Shown here one piece after another: positions 52,861 through 63,349 of a DNA stretch of 64,000 nt. The translations under genes were made by a program, and so were the position numbers. Position 1 is the first letter of the stretch. Each line of letters starts with the position of its first letter. This DNA comes from Candidatus Omnitrophota bacterium (GTDB taxonomy: Bacteria > Omnitrophota > Gorgyraeia > Zapsychrales > JANLHA01): positions 1,626,662 through 1,690,661 of the forward strand of contig OY759724.1 in NCBI GenBank assembly GCA_963662715.1. The letters are read 5' to 3'. The notes beneath the pieces were generated by a model. That model was not told the origin of the DNA. It was given only the letters and a program-made list of their open reading frames with translations, and did not search any database.

Positions 52861-55001
52861 ACAGGAGAATCTATAAAAAAAAATTTCTATGGAGCACCTT
52901 CCTGATCCCCTGGGCCTGTCTGGGAGTGACGTGCTGGTTCAGTCTATCCCTTTTGATGTCTGCGGGAGCGCAAGAGGACGTCGCCCCGGTGGAAATTAAC
53001 GGCGATCAGGTTGAGTACCTCATCAATGAAAACAAGGTCATTGCCCAGGGGCAGGTGTCCGTTAAGAAAGAGAACGTTACGTTATTGTGTGACAAAATGG
53101 AATTTTCCAACCAATCCAATATGGCTTTGGCTGAGGGGAATGTCGTTCTCATTCAAGGGGATCAGCGGCTCACGGGGGATAAACTGGAGTTTAATTTTTT
53201 CACGATGAAAGGCCACTTTCTGGATACGGCTATGATGGCCAAACCTTTTTTCGGAGCCGGGGAGAAAGTGTCTAAGATCGGAGATGATCATATGGTTCTT
53301 GACCGGGGGTTTATCACAACCTGCGATCATGACAAGCCGCACTTTCGTTTTGTGGCTAAGAGGGTTGATATTTATCCGGGAGACAAAGCCGTGGCCCGGA
53401 ACGTAAAACTGAAAATAGGCGAAGTGCCTATTTTGTATATTCCAAAATATACCCAGGATTTGACGGGAAAAGAGCCGGCGTTTCTGATAACCCCGGGATA
53501 TGACAATGACTGGGGGGCTTTTTTCCTGACCCGCTGGCGGTATGAACTTGTTCCGGAGGTTAAAGGGACTGTTCATCTGGATTACCGGCAGAAAAAGGAT
53601 TTGGCCTGGGGGATTGATACAGATTATGATACAAAGCGTTTCGGGTACGGTCTCATCCGTACTTACTATATGAATGAGCGGGATGTTTCGGCAGACCATT
53701 TTTTTGATGAACGGACACCCCCGACAGTTGAACAGGAAAGATTCAAGGTCGAATGGCGGCACAAGTGGAAAATTTCTGACGACACGGACGCGATTCTGCA
53801 GTATTACAAGCTTAGCGACAGCAATTTTCTTAAAGATTATTTTGAGCGGGAACACGAACAATCGTCCTCTCCGCCCACGTATTTTTTGCTGACCAGAAAC
53901 CTTCCGGTCGGGACTTTGAGCTTTCAGACCGACGCGCGTGTTAACCGTTTTGTCAGCACGGTCGAGCGTTTGCCGGAAATAAGCTATGACCTGCCCAGCA
54001 GGAGGATTGCCGACACGGGATTTTATTTTAAGGATACGGCCACATATTCTAATTTGAGCCTGAAACCGGCCAGCCCCTCGGACAGTTCGGCCAAAACGAT
54101 GAGGGTGGACACGGATCATGAATTGTCTTATCCATTGAAGGTCGGGTTTGTTGAGATGAAGCCGTTTGCCGGGGGAAAGCACACCTATTATAGCCGGACG
54201 ATCGATCCGGACAATTATCATTCCATCCGCGGCATTTTCCGTACGGGAGCTGATTTAAGCACCAAGTTTTATAAGATATATGATACCCACACGGACCGGT
54301 GGGGCCTGAATATCAACCGCCTGCGCCATGTCGTGACGCCGTCTATCTCCTATCTGTACCGCCATGATCCCACGGTCGACAACGAGGAGCTCAACCAGTT
54401 TGATGCTATTGATTCGCAAAACAGAGCCCACTCTATTAATTTTAACCTGGAGAACAAGTTGCAGACCAAGCGGGACGGGAACAGTGTTGATGTCGCCCGT
54501 ATTATCCTTGGGTCGGCTTTTTTATTAAAAGAAGATCCTGGGAAGGGGGGATTCAACAACGTCTCCGGGGATTTTGAAGTGCATCCTTATGACTGGTGGT
54601 CGCTTCACTTTGACACCAATTACGATACGATAGATGAGCATTTGAGCACGGCTAACGTTGACCTGTACATCAATGAGGTAAGCGACAGGTGGTACGGCCG
54701 GTTTGGTAAAAGATATAACCGGGAGGTGGACGATCAAATCACCACGGAAATGGGATACCGGTTGAACCAAAAATGGAGTTTTAATGTTTATCAACGGTAT
54801 GATATCGATTCCGGGACGTTAAAAGAACAGCAATACGGTTTTAAACGGGATCTGCACGCATGGACCATGGACCTGACATTTAACCAGACGCGGGGGGAGG
54901 GCAGCGAAGTATGGGTCGTCATGACGATGAAGTCCTTCCCGGATATAGGATTTGACTTCGGGACGAGTTTTAACCGGAGGAAAGCAGGTTCGCAGAATTA
55001 A
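52857..55001 (+). CDS. lptD: LPS-assembly protein LptD (OstA) homologue
   Basis: Signal/TM N-terminus. OstA-N-like 'EINGDQVEYLINENKVIAQGQVSVKKENVTLLCDKMEF...LTGDKLEFNF'. The long C-terminus is aromatic-rich and beta-barrel-like. Confidence 0.7.
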   Translation: MNRRIYKKKFLWSTFLIPWACLGVTCWFSLSLLMSAGAQEDVAPVEINGDQVEYLINENKVIAQGQVSVKKENVTLLCDKMEFSNQSNMALAEGNVVLIQGDQRLTGDKLEFNFFTMKGHFLDTAMMAKPFFGAGEKVSKIGDDHMVLDRGFITTCDHDKPHFRFVAKRVDIYPGDKAVARNVKLKIGEVPILYIPKYTQDLTGKEPAFLITPGYDNDWGAFFLTRWRYELVPEVKGTVHLDYRQKKDLAWGIDTDYDTKRFGYGLIRTYYMNERDVSADHFFDERTPPTVEQERFKVEWRHKWKISDDTDAILQYYKLSDSNFLKDYFEREHEQSSSPPTYFLLTRNLPVGTLSFQTDARVNRFVSTVERLPEISYDLPSRRIADTGFYFKDTATYSNLSLKPASPSDSSAKTMRVDTDHELSYPLKVGFVEMKPFAGGKHTYYSRTIDPDNYHSIRGIFRTGADLSTKFYKIYDTHTDRWGLNINRLRHVVTPSISYLYRHDPTVDNEELNQFDAIDSQNRAHSINFNLENKLQTKRDGNSVDVARIILGSAFLLKEDPGKGGFNNVSGDFEVHPYDWWSLHFDTNYDTIDEHLSTANVDLYINEVSDRWYGRFGKRYNREVDDQITTEMGYRLNQKWSFNVYQRYDIDSGTLKEQQYGFKRDLHAWTMDLTFNQTRGEGSEVWVVMTMKSFPDIGFDFGTSFNRRKAGSQN

Positions 55002-55040
55002 AAAGGAGAAAATAAGGAAGAAACAACAAAAGGATGTCGC

Positions 55041-56351
55041 ATGAAAATTTCAATTATCGGATGTGGTTATGTGGGTTTGGTTACGGGGGTGTGTCTAGCA
55101 TCCATAGGACATCATGTCCTTTGCATTGATAATGATTTGGAAAAAATCAAAAAACTGAGGTCCGGGAAAGTTACGATTTATGAACCCGGTCTGCAAGAAT
55201 TGATGAAGAACGCTATCAAGAAAAAGTATTTGAGTTTCAGCAGTTCAGTGCGGGAAGCAACAAGAAAGACCGACGTTATTTTTATCGCTGTCGGGACGCC
55301 TTCCAAGAAAAACGGAGAGGCGGATTTGACCTATGTGGAAAACGTCGCTAGGCAGATCGCGGCGAATATGTCTTCTTATAAGTTGATTGTCGAGAAGTCA
55401 ACGGTTCCGGCCGAGACAGGAAAACGCATTGAACGGACCATCCGGTTGAACCTTCCGAAACGAAGCAAAAAGATTGATTTTGATGTCGCCTCAAACCCGG
55501 AATTCCTCCGGGAAGGCTCTGCCGTTGAGGACTTTATGAAGCCGGACCGCGTTGTCCTCGGGGTGGAATCAGCCAAGGCGGAAAAAATACTCCGTGAAAT
55601 CTACCGCCCGGTTAAGACGCATATCGTTGTGACAAACATCAATTCGGCTGAGATTATTAAACATGCTTCCAATTCTTTCCTGGCGACAAAAATATCTTTT
55701 GCCAATGCGCTATCCCAGATTTGCGACAAGGTCGGAGCGGATATCCTTAAAGTGGCCGAGGGGATGGGGTTTGACAAAAGAATCGGAAAAAGCTTCCTGC
55801 AGGCCGGAATCGGGTATGGGGGCAGCTGTTTTCCAAAGGATGTTGATGCGTTTATCCGTTTGAGCGAGAGAAACGGGTATTCTTTTGCTCTCCTGCAGGA
55901 GGTCCGCCGCGTGAACGAAGAACAGAAAAGCGCGTTTGTCCAGCTGATCGAAGATAAACTGTGGATTCTCAAAGACAAGGTTATCGGGGTGCTGGGGTTG
56001 GCCTTTAAACCCGATACTGATGACATGCGCAACGCCCCGTCCCTGGACATTATCGCGGCCCTGCAGAAGGAGGGCGCTAAAATCAAGGCGTATGACCCGC
56101 AGGCCATGGGGAACGCCAGGAGAGTTCTGAAATCCGTAACATTCTGCAAAGACATCACGAGTTTGGCCAAGGGGTGTGACTGCCTTCTGCTGCTGACGGA
56201 ATGGGATGAATTCAGGAAGTGCAATTTTAAGAAAATCAAACCGCTTATGAGGCAGGCTATTATTTTTGACGGCCGGAATCTCTACCATGCGGATCGTTTA
56301 AGCGAGTTAGGGTATGAATATTATGGTATTGGGCGCGGGATGTTAGCGTAG
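55041..56351 (+). CDS. ugd: UDP-glucose 6-dehydrogenase
   Basis: 'MKISIIGCGYVGLVTGVCLA' Rossmann. 'GGSCFPKD' catalytic Cys. Confidence 0.9.
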   Translation: MKISIIGCGYVGLVTGVCLASIGHHVLCIDNDLEKIKKLRSGKVTIYEPGLQELMKNAIKKKYLSFSSSVREATRKTDVIFIAVGTPSKKNGEADLTYVENVARQIAANMSSYKLIVEKSTVPAETGKRIERTIRLNLPKRSKKIDFDVASNPEFLREGSAVEDFMKPDRVVLGVESAKAEKILREIYRPVKTHIVVTNINSAEIIKHASNSFLATKISFANALSQICDKVGADILKVAEGMGFDKRIGKSFLQAGIGYGGSCFPKDVDAFIRLSERNGYSFALLQEVRRVNEEQKSAFVQLIEDKLWILKDKVIGVLGLAFKPDTDDMRNAPSLDIIAALQKEGAKIKAYDPQAMGNARRVLKSVTFCKDITSLAKGCDCLLLLTEWDEFRKCNFKKIKPLMRQAIIFDGRNLYHADRLSELGYEYYGIGRGMLA

Positions 56352-56365
56352 AAAAGGAGGACGGG

Positions 56366-57667
56366 ATGTCGACTGCTTTAAAGAGAAAAATTAATTCAAA
56401 AAAAGCCAAGATCGCCGTGTTGGGATTAGGGTATGTCGGGCTCCCCCTGGCGGTGAATTTTGCTAAAAAGGGTTTCAGGGTTTTTGGCCTGGACAAGGAC
56501 CAGGACCGGGTTCAGCATATCAATCGTCAGGAGAGTTATATCTCGGATATCCCTCAGCGGGAACTCTCGCGGGTCGTGCAGCGGGGGCTGTTAACAGCGG
56601 GGACGGATTTTTCCGTTATTAAAGATATGGATGTGCTCATCATTTGCGTGCCCACACCGCTGAAAAAGAAATACACCCCGGATATTTCCTATATCGTCGG
56701 CGCTGTAAAAATCATTCGGAAGTATCTCAGCCGGGATACCTTGATCGTTCTGGAAAGCACGACCTATCCCGGGACGACCAAAGAATTGATACTGCCGGAA
56801 ATAGAGAAATCCGGGCTGAAAGTCGGGCAGGATTTTTACCTGTCCTTCTCCCCGGAGAGAATAGATCCCGGCAACAAGGTTTACGATGTTACGAAGATTA
56901 CAAAGGTCGTGGGAGGGGTGACCGCCGAAAGCGGGAAGCTGACAAAATGTCTTTACGAAAAGATTATTCGTGAAATCTGTTGTGTCTCCTCTGCTGATGC
57001 CGCGGAAATGACAAAATTGCTCGAGAACTCTTTCCGGATCATTAATATCGGCTGGATTAATGAGCTGGCGATTATGTGCCATAAGTTCGGCATTGACGTT
57101 TGGGAGGTTATTGATGCCGCCAAAACAAAACCTTTCGGCTTTATGCCTTTTTATCCCGGCCTGGGTGTGGGGGGGCACTGCATCCCTGACGATCCCCTGT
57201 ACCTTTACTGGAAGGCCAAACAATACGGGTTCGGGTCCAAATACATAAAGTTGTCCGCCGACACGAATTCATATATGACACAATATGCCGTGGATCGCTT
57301 AAAAGATCTTTTGAGCCAAGAAGGGAAGTCTTTGGCGGACGCCCGTATTCTTATCCTGGGGGTGACATATAAAAAAGACGTGAAGGATTTGCGGAAGTCT
57401 CCGCCTTTGAAACTGATCAGTCTTTTGCAGGCGGCTCATTGTCAGGTGGATTATCATGATCCGATTATCCCGTATCTCGAATTTTCCAAGATTTATTTGA
57501 AATCCGTGCCGCTTACTCCTAAGATATTAAAGTCTTATGATTGTGTTGTGGTCGCTACGGATCACACTGTGGTTGATTATGCTCTTGTGCATCGCCATGC
57601 CCGTCTGATTTTTGATGTCCGGAACGTTTACAAGAAGATTCAAGATAAAAAAATCATTAAATTGTGA
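56366..57667 (+). CDS. Nucleotide-sugar dehydrogenase (UDP-N-acetyl-D-mannosamine / glucosamine dehydrogenase-like, WecC/TviB type)
   Basis: 'KIAVLGLGYVGLPLAVNFA' and 'GGHCIPDDP' catalytic Cys. Confidence 0.8.
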   Translation: MSTALKRKINSKKAKIAVLGLGYVGLPLAVNFAKKGFRVFGLDKDQDRVQHINRQESYISDIPQRELSRVVQRGLLTAGTDFSVIKDMDVLIICVPTPLKKKYTPDISYIVGAVKIIRKYLSRDTLIVLESTTYPGTTKELILPEIEKSGLKVGQDFYLSFSPERIDPGNKVYDVTKITKVVGGVTAESGKLTKCLYEKIIREICCVSSADAAEMTKLLENSFRIINIGWINELAIMCHKFGIDVWEVIDAAKTKPFGFMPFYPGLGVGGHCIPDDPLYLYWKAKQYGFGSKYIKLSADTNSYMTQYAVDRLKDLLSQEGKSLADARILILGVTYKKDVKDLRKSPPLKLISLLQAAHCQVDYHDPIIPYLEFSKIYLKSVPLTPKILKSYDCVVVATDHTVVDYALVHRHARLIFDVRNVYKKIQDKKIIKL

Positions 57668-57689
57668 AATGTTTTAAAAGGAGTTGCTT

Positions 57690-58637
57690 GTGGGAACTCG
57701 AAAAAAAATTGCCGTCGTTACCGGAGGGGCCGGGTTTTTAGGCAGCCACCTCTGCGACCGCCTGATTGAAGAAGGCTACAAAGTTATCTGCCTGGACAAC
57801 TTCCTGACGGGAAGCGAAAGTAATATTAAGCATTTATATAAAAATAAGAATTTCCGTTTTATGCGACATGACGTTTCCCGGGAAATCAGCATCCCCGGGC
57901 CGGTTCATTTTGTGCTGCATTTCGCATCTCCGGCCAGCCCTATTGATTATCTGCTTTTCCCTATCCCGACTTTGAAAGTCGGCGCTTTGGGGACGCACAA
58001 CACTCTGGGCCTGGCGAAATTGAAAAAGGCCCGATACCTGCTGGCTTCCACATCCGAAGTTTACGGCGATCCCCAGGAACATCCGCAAAAGGAGACCTAT
58101 TGGGGCCATGTGAATCCTATCGGGCCGCGCGGGGTATATGACGAGGCCAAACGTTTTGCGGAAGCCATCACGCTGGCCTATCACCGCTATCACAAGATCG
58201 ACACGAGAATTGTCCGGATCTTTAATACCTATGGGCCCCGGATGAGGATCAAGGACGGGCGAGTGGTTCCTAACTTTATTTTTCAGGCCCTTCACCGTAA
58301 GCCGTTGACAATATACGGGACAGGAAAACAGACGCGTTCGTTCTGTTTTTACACCGATCTTATCGACGGCATCGTGCGGCTGCTGCATTCCCGTTACACC
58401 GGTCCGGTCAATATCGGGAATCCCAGCGAGTTTACCATTTTGCAGTTTGCGGAACTGGTCATACAATTGTCAGGATCGGCCTCCAAGATCACTTATAAAC
58501 CCCTTCCGAAAGATGACCCTCGTCAGCGGCAGCCGGACATTTTTCTGGCTAAGAAAGTGCTTAAATGGAAGCCCGAGGTCCCCTTGCAGGAGGGATTAGA
58601 AAAAACCATGGTGTGGTTTAAACAGCAGAAAATTTGA
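57690..58637 (+). CDS. UDP-glucuronate decarboxylase (UDP-xylose synthase-like SDR)
   Basis: '[31 protein letters not shown]', 'STSEVYGDP', 'YDEAKR'. GTG at 57690 follows RBS AAAGGAG. The ORF-track start is TTG at 57684. Confidence 0.85.
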   Translation: MGTRKKIAVVTGGAGFLGSHLCDRLIEEGYKVICLDNFLTGSESNIKHLYKNKNFRFMRHDVSREISIPGPVHFVLHFASPASPIDYLLFPIPTLKVGALGTHNTLGLAKLKKARYLLASTSEVYGDPQEHPQKETYWGHVNPIGPRGVYDEAKRFAEAITLAYHRYHKIDTRIVRIFNTYGPRMRIKDGRVVPNFIFQALHRKPLTIYGTGKQTRSFCFYTDLIDGIVRLLHSRYTGPVNIGNPSEFTILQFAELVIQLSGSASKITYKPLPKDDPRQRQPDIFLAKKVLKWKPEVPLQEGLEKTMVWFKQQKI

Positions 58638-58646
58638 GCGGTTTAT

Positions 58647-59645
58647 ATGAACGAATTCCCTTCCGACAATTCTGCCGGCGTCATTTCAACAGACCAGCTG
58701 ATCGGTCTCTACCGGGAGATGGCCCGTATCAGGCTTGTTGAGTTGAAAGTTGAAGAGCTGTATCATCTTGATGAAATGAAAACTCCTGTCCATTTAGCCC
58801 TTGGCCAGGAAGCCGTGTCGTCCGGGGTCTGCGCTCATCTCGGAACGGATGATCGTATATTCAGCAATCACCGTAGTCATGCCCATTATTTGGCTAAGGG
58901 GGGAGACCTCAAAGCCATGATTGCCGAATTTTACTGTAAGGAAACCGGCTGCGCCAAAGGCCGGGGCGGATCGATGCATTTGATTGATACGGCTGTCGGT
59001 CATTTCGGCTCTTCGGCCATTGTGGGGGGCGGGATCCCGCACGCCGTGGGAGCTGCTTTGGCTTTCAAGATGCAGAAAAAGCCGTGTGTGGCCGTGTCCT
59101 TTTTCGGAGATGCTGCCAGTGAACAAGGGGTGTTCTTTGAAAGTATGAGTTTGGCTGTTTTAAAACGGCTGCCGGTTATTTTTGTTTGTGAAAATAATGC
59201 CTATTCTGTCTGCTCCCATATCTCTGTCCGGCAGCCCAACCCTGACGTGGTCATGCGCCCGCGGGCTTTTGATATGCCGGCAGCACAGGTTGACGGCATG
59301 GATGTTTCAGCTGTTTTTGCCAAGGCTAAAGAAGCTGTGGAATTCTCCCGGCAGGGGCATGGTCCGTATTTGCTGGAGTGCCGTGTGCAGCGCTGGCGGG
59401 GGCATGCGGGCGCCGGTGATCCTTTAAGGGAAAAGTACCGCGCCCCGCAGGACTTAACCCCGGACTGGATGCGGGATCCTTTGGCCGACTGCGAAAAAAT
59501 TTTAATGGCCGATAGACAGGTTAACGGCGAAGCACTCGAAGGTATCAAAGCCGAATTGAAAAAAGAAATCGATCAGGCTTTTCAGTACGCCCAGGAAAGC
59601 CCTTTGCCTGACAAAGGTGATCTGGAAAAGTTCTTGTTTAAATAA
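58647..59645 (+). CDS. Thiamine-diphosphate-dependent dehydrogenase E1 component, alpha subunit
   Basis: 'GGSMHLID...GIVGGGIPHAVGAALA...FFGDAASEQGVFFESMSLA' is a TPP-binding E1-alpha fold. Confidence 0.8.
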   Translation: MNEFPSDNSAGVISTDQLIGLYREMARIRLVELKVEELYHLDEMKTPVHLALGQEAVSSGVCAHLGTDDRIFSNHRSHAHYLAKGGDLKAMIAEFYCKETGCAKGRGGSMHLIDTAVGHFGSSAIVGGGIPHAVGAALAFKMQKKPCVAVSFFGDAASEQGVFFESMSLAVLKRLPVIFVCENNAYSVCSHISVRQPNPDVVMRPRAFDMPAAQVDGMDVSAVFAKAKEAVEFSRQGHGPYLLECRVQRWRGHAGAGDPLREKYRAPQDLTPDWMRDPLADCEKILMADRQVNGEALEGIKAELKKEIDQAFQYAQESPLPDKGDLEKFLFK

Positions 59646-59670
59646 TATATAACCACAGGGAAAGATTTTT

Positions 59671-60711
59671 ATGCCTTGGACAAAGTTGCAGATAGAACGC
59701 GAAGAGCCGGCTTTTGATGAAAATTTGGGACAGGATATCCGCAAACTCAATTTTGGAGAAGCCCTGCGGGAGGCCTTAGACCAGGCTTTGGAACGGGATC
59801 CCAGGGTTTATGCGATGGGGCAGGGCATAAACGATCCCGGAGGTATTTTCGGGACGACCGATGGCTTACGGGAGAAATATGGGAACGAACGGGTCTTTGA
59901 CACTCCCTTAGCGGAAGAAGCCACCATTGGCATGGCCATTGGTTCAGCTATGGCGGGATTGCGTCCGGTGTCTATCCATAACCGGCCGGACTTCCTTATG
60001 ATGGCGATGGATCAGATTGTCAATGCCGCTGCTAAGTGGTGCTACATGTTTGCCGGGCAGGTTCCTATCCCTCTTGTCATCCGGGCGTGTATCGGACGGG
60101 GATGGGGGTCGGCGGCACAGCATTCCCAGTCCCTGCACGGTTTGTTTACGCATGTCCCCGGGCTGAAAGTTGTTCTGCCCAGCACAGCCTATGACGCCAA
60201 GGGCCTGTTCATCACAAGTATCGCTGACGAGAATCCGGTTATCTTTATTGAGCACCGCTGGCTTTTCAAGCATCAAGGCTCTGTTCCCGAGCATGTTTAT
60301 TCGATCCCTTTCGGTCAGGCCACAGTAAAACGCCCGGGAAAAGATATTACGGTGTTAGCCATTTCTCACATGGTTATTGAATCTCTTCGGGCGGCCGAGG
60401 AACTGGAAAAGAAAGGGATAAGTCTGGAGGTTATTGATCCCCGGTCATTACACCCTTTTGATGAGGAGACATTGCTGCAGTCACTTTCTAAAACCGGCAA
60501 GCTGATTGTCGCGGATGTGGACTGGAAGACCGGCGGATTTGCCGCGGAGGTCGTAGCTACTGTTGCTGAAAAGGGGTTTCATGATTTGAAAAAACCGCCG
60601 GTCCGCGTATGTCTCCCGGATGTCCCGACCCCTGCGAGTTACGTCCTGGAAGAAGCTTTTTACAGAGGGGTTCCGGATATTGTGCAAGCGGCGGAAAAAT
60701 TAATGCGTTAA
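59671..60711 (+). CDS. Thiamine-diphosphate-dependent dehydrogenase E1 component, beta subunit (transketolase-like pyrimidine-binding/C-terminal domains)
   Basis: 'VFDTPLAEEATIGMAIGSAMAGLRPV' plus a C-terminal transketolase-C-like domain. Confidence 0.8.
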   Translation: MPWTKLQIEREEPAFDENLGQDIRKLNFGEALREALDQALERDPRVYAMGQGINDPGGIFGTTDGLREKYGNERVFDTPLAEEATIGMAIGSAMAGLRPVSIHNRPDFLMMAMDQIVNAAAKWCYMFAGQVPIPLVIRACIGRGWGSAAQHSQSLHGLFTHVPGLKVVLPSTAYDAKGLFITSIADENPVIFIEHRWLFKHQGSVPEHVYSIPFGQATVKRPGKDITVLAISHMVIESLRAAEELEKKGISLEVIDPRSLHPFDEETLLQSLSKTGKLIVADVDWKTGGFAAEVVATVAEKGFHDLKKPPVRVCLPDVPTPASYVLEEAFYRGVPDIVQAAEKLMR

Positions 60712-60773
60712 AGCGTCCGGGATTTCCCGGAGGCAGAAGGGTTTAAATTAATCAACAGTGAGGTGGGGGTAAA

Positions 60774-61703
60774 ATGAAAATACTTGTTACAGGGGGGGCG
60801 GGATATATCGGCTCTGTGTTGGTCCCGCAGCTGTTATGCGAAAGTTATGAGGTGGTTGTCCTGGATAATTTTATGTATAACCAGACATCTCTTTTGGACT
60901 GCTGTTGTTCGCCCCGGTTGTCCATTGTCCGGGGGGATGCGAGAGACAAGCCGCTGCTGACGGATTTAATGAAAGATGTTGACGCCGTTTTCCCGCTGGC
61001 TTGCCTGACGGGCGCCCCGTTGTGCAAAAAAGATCCCTGGGCAGCACAATCTGTTTTGCTGGAAGCCGTGGAACTGATTCTGCAATTACGCAGCCGGGAC
61101 CAGATGATTATTTTCCCGACCACCAACAGCGGATACGGCGTGGGGCAGAAAGAAAAATTTTGTACGGAAGAAACGCCCCTGAATCCCATTTCTCTTTACG
61201 GCCAGCTTAAAGTACAGGCGGAACAGGCTGTTTTGGCCGCCGGCGGAATTACGCTGCGGCTGGCAACGGCTTTTGGTGTCAGCCCGCGTATGCGGCTGGA
61301 TTTATTGGTTAATGATTTTGTCTACCGGGCTGTCTTTGACCGTTTTGTTGTGCTGTTTGAAGCTCATTTTAAAAGAAATTATATTCATGTGCGGGATGTT
61401 GCCAAAGCCTTCGTGCATGCTTTGCAGAATTTTGAAACCATGAAGAGCGAGGCATATAACGTGGGGCTCAGTGAGGCGAATTTAAGCAAGAAAGAGTTGT
61501 GCGAAGAGATTAGAAAGCAGGTCAGGGAATTTTATATTGTTGAATCTGAGATCGGGGAAGACCCGGATAAAAGGGATTATATTGTGTCGAATGAGAAAAT
61601 AGAAAAAACCGGATACCGGCCGGACGTTTCTTTGCAGAGCGGGATTGCCGAACTTATTAAGGGGTATCAGGTGATCAAAAGAAATCAGTTTGCGAATATT
61701 TGA
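60774..61703 (+). CDS. NAD-dependent epimerase/dehydratase (SDR family)
   Basis: 'MKILVTGGAGYIGSVLVPQLL' Rossmann GxxGxxG. The 'YGQLK' context fits the YxxxK catalytic dyad. Confidence 0.8.
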   Translation: MKILVTGGAGYIGSVLVPQLLCESYEVVVLDNFMYNQTSLLDCCCSPRLSIVRGDARDKPLLTDLMKDVDAVFPLACLTGAPLCKKDPWAAQSVLLEAVELILQLRSRDQMIIFPTTNSGYGVGQKEKFCTEETPLNPISLYGQLKVQAEQAVLAAGGITLRLATAFGVSPRMRLDLLVNDFVYRAVFDRFVVLFEAHFKRNYIHVRDVAKAFVHALQNFETMKSEAYNVGLSEANLSKKELCEEIRKQVREFYIVESEIGEDPDKRDYIVSNEKIEKTGYRPDVSLQSGIAELIKGYQVIKRNQFANI

Positions 61704-61750
61704 GCGCTTTTTTGAGGCTGGCTCTCCTGAGACGGCTTCCCCGGATGGCC

Positions 61751-61779
61751 TTGACCAGCCGGCTGATTCCCCCTATAAT
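61751..61779 (+). promoter_or_regulatory. Sigma-70 promoter TTGACC-N17-TATAAT upstream of the second B12-radical SAM gene
   Basis: TTGACC at 61751-56 and TATAAT at 61774-79, read directly. Confidence 0.6.
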
Positions 61780-61814
61780 TAAAAAATATTCTAGAAAAGG
61801 AGCTTTTGTTTGCT

Positions 61815-63320
61815 ATGACGGATATTGTCCTCGTAAAAGCCAATAATCAAAAAAAGATTTATCAGCATCTCAGCCGTGATTTCACCGGTCTGGAGCCCCC
61901 TTTATGGATCATTCTGACAGCCGCTTTTTTGCGGGAACAAGGCTTTCAGGTTCAGGTGATTGATGCCGAAGTGGAGAATCTCAACGCCCAGGAAACCGTG
62001 CAAAAGGCCCTGTCCTATCAGCCGTTGCTGGTAACGGCCATTGTTTCCGGAACCAATCCTTCGGCTTCAACTATGAATATGCCGGGAGCCAGCGAATTTT
62101 TCAAGGAAATCAAACGTGTTCAGCCCCAATGTCCTACCGCCATATCCGGACTTCACCCGTCTTCTTTGCCGGAACAAACCATGCAGGATGAAGTCATGGA
62201 CTTCCTCTGCGAGGGGGAAGGATTTTCGACATACGCCGAACTTATTAATCAGCTGAAGTCCGGCCGGTCGTTGGGAGAGGATTTTCCGATTGACGGGCTG
62301 TGGTACCGGAAAGGGGACCAAGTGGTTTCTAACCCCCGTGCGGCGAACATCCCTGATTTAGGCGCCCTTCCTATGGCCGCGTGGGACCTTTTGCCCATGT
62401 CCAAATACCGGGCCCATAACTGGCATGCTTTTGATGACGTGGACAAGCGTCAGCCTTATGCTGTTATATATACAAGTCTCGGCTGTCCTTTCCACTGCAG
62501 TTTCTGCTGTATCAACAGTATTTTCGGCGGGCCGGGCATCCGCTACCGCTCTCCGGAGAAAGTCGTCGAGGAAGTGGATTACCTTGTGAAAAATTTTGGC
62601 GTAAGGCATATCAAAATATTGGACGAGATGTTCGCCTTAAAGATCAGTCATGTCGAGGAATTGTGCGACAGGCTTATTGCTCTCGGACATGATTTGAACT
62701 TCTGGGTGTACGGCCGGATCGATACGGTCAAAGAACACATGTTGCACAAAATGAAGCAGGCCGGTATTAACTGGATCGCTTACGGGATAGAAGCCGGGAG
62801 CAAAAAAGTGAGGGAAGGCGTTTCCAAAGGACGTTTTGATCAGGAACAGATCAAGCGGGTCGTTGAGATGACTCATGCCGCGGGCATTCACATTGTCGGC
62901 AACTATATCTTCGGCCTGCCGGATGACGATATGGAAACCATGCAGGAGACTTTAGACCTGGCCAAGGATCTGAATTGCGCCTACGGGAATTTCTATTGCG
63001 CCATGGCCTACCCCGGGTCCCATTTATATGATGAGGCTATCGCCCAGGGGATCCCTTTGCCGGAAACCTGGAGCGGTTATTCGCAGTTCGGAGAGGATAC
63101 GCTGCCTCTGCCGACAAAATATCTTGCCAGCGGGGACGTGCTCCGCTTCCGGGACCGCGCTTTTCAGGAATATCATACAAGCCCGGAATATTTAAATATG
63201 ATCGAAGAGAAGTTCGGCAGCAAGACTGTCGAACACATTAAACAAATGTGCGCCATGAAACTTAAGCGGAAACATTACGATGATACGGAAGGGATCCATT
63301 TTCATAGAGAAATTGATTAA
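61815..63320 (+). CDS. B12-binding domain / radical SAM protein (class B radical SAM methyltransferase-like) within sugar cluster
   Basis: The N-terminal B12-binding region is followed by 'YTSLGCPFHCSFCCINS' (CxxxCxxC). The ATG at 61815 is preferred. A TTG at 61806 is also possible. Confidence 0.85.
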   Translation: MTDIVLVKANNQKKIYQHLSRDFTGLEPPLWIILTAAFLREQGFQVQVIDAEVENLNAQETVQKALSYQPLLVTAIVSGTNPSASTMNMPGASEFFKEIKRVQPQCPTAISGLHPSSLPEQTMQDEVMDFLCEGEGFSTYAELINQLKSGRSLGEDFPIDGLWYRKGDQVVSNPRAANIPDLGALPMAAWDLLPMSKYRAHNWHAFDDVDKRQPYAVIYTSLGCPFHCSFCCINSIFGGPGIRYRSPEKVVEEVDYLVKNFGVRHIKILDEMFALKISHVEELCDRLIALGHDLNFWVYGRIDTVKEHMLHKMKQAGINWIAYGIEAGSKKVREGVSKGRFDQEQIKRVVEMTHAAGIHIVGNYIFGLPDDDMETMQETLDLAKDLNCAYGNFYCAMAYPGSHLYDEAIAQGIPLPETWSGYSQFGEDTLPLPTKYLASGDVLRFRDRAFQEYHTSPEYLNMIEEKFGSKTVEHIKQMCAMKLKRKHYDDTEGIHFHREID

Positions 63321-63349
63321 GATAAGACCTGTTTACCGAAGGGGTAACG

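Noticed and set aside
53082-54221. 379-aa minus-strand ORF inside lptD
   Set aside because: The + strand frame encodes the OstA-N domain and a long aromatic-rich barrel continuous with the upstream and downstream + genes. The minus ORF is motif-free.
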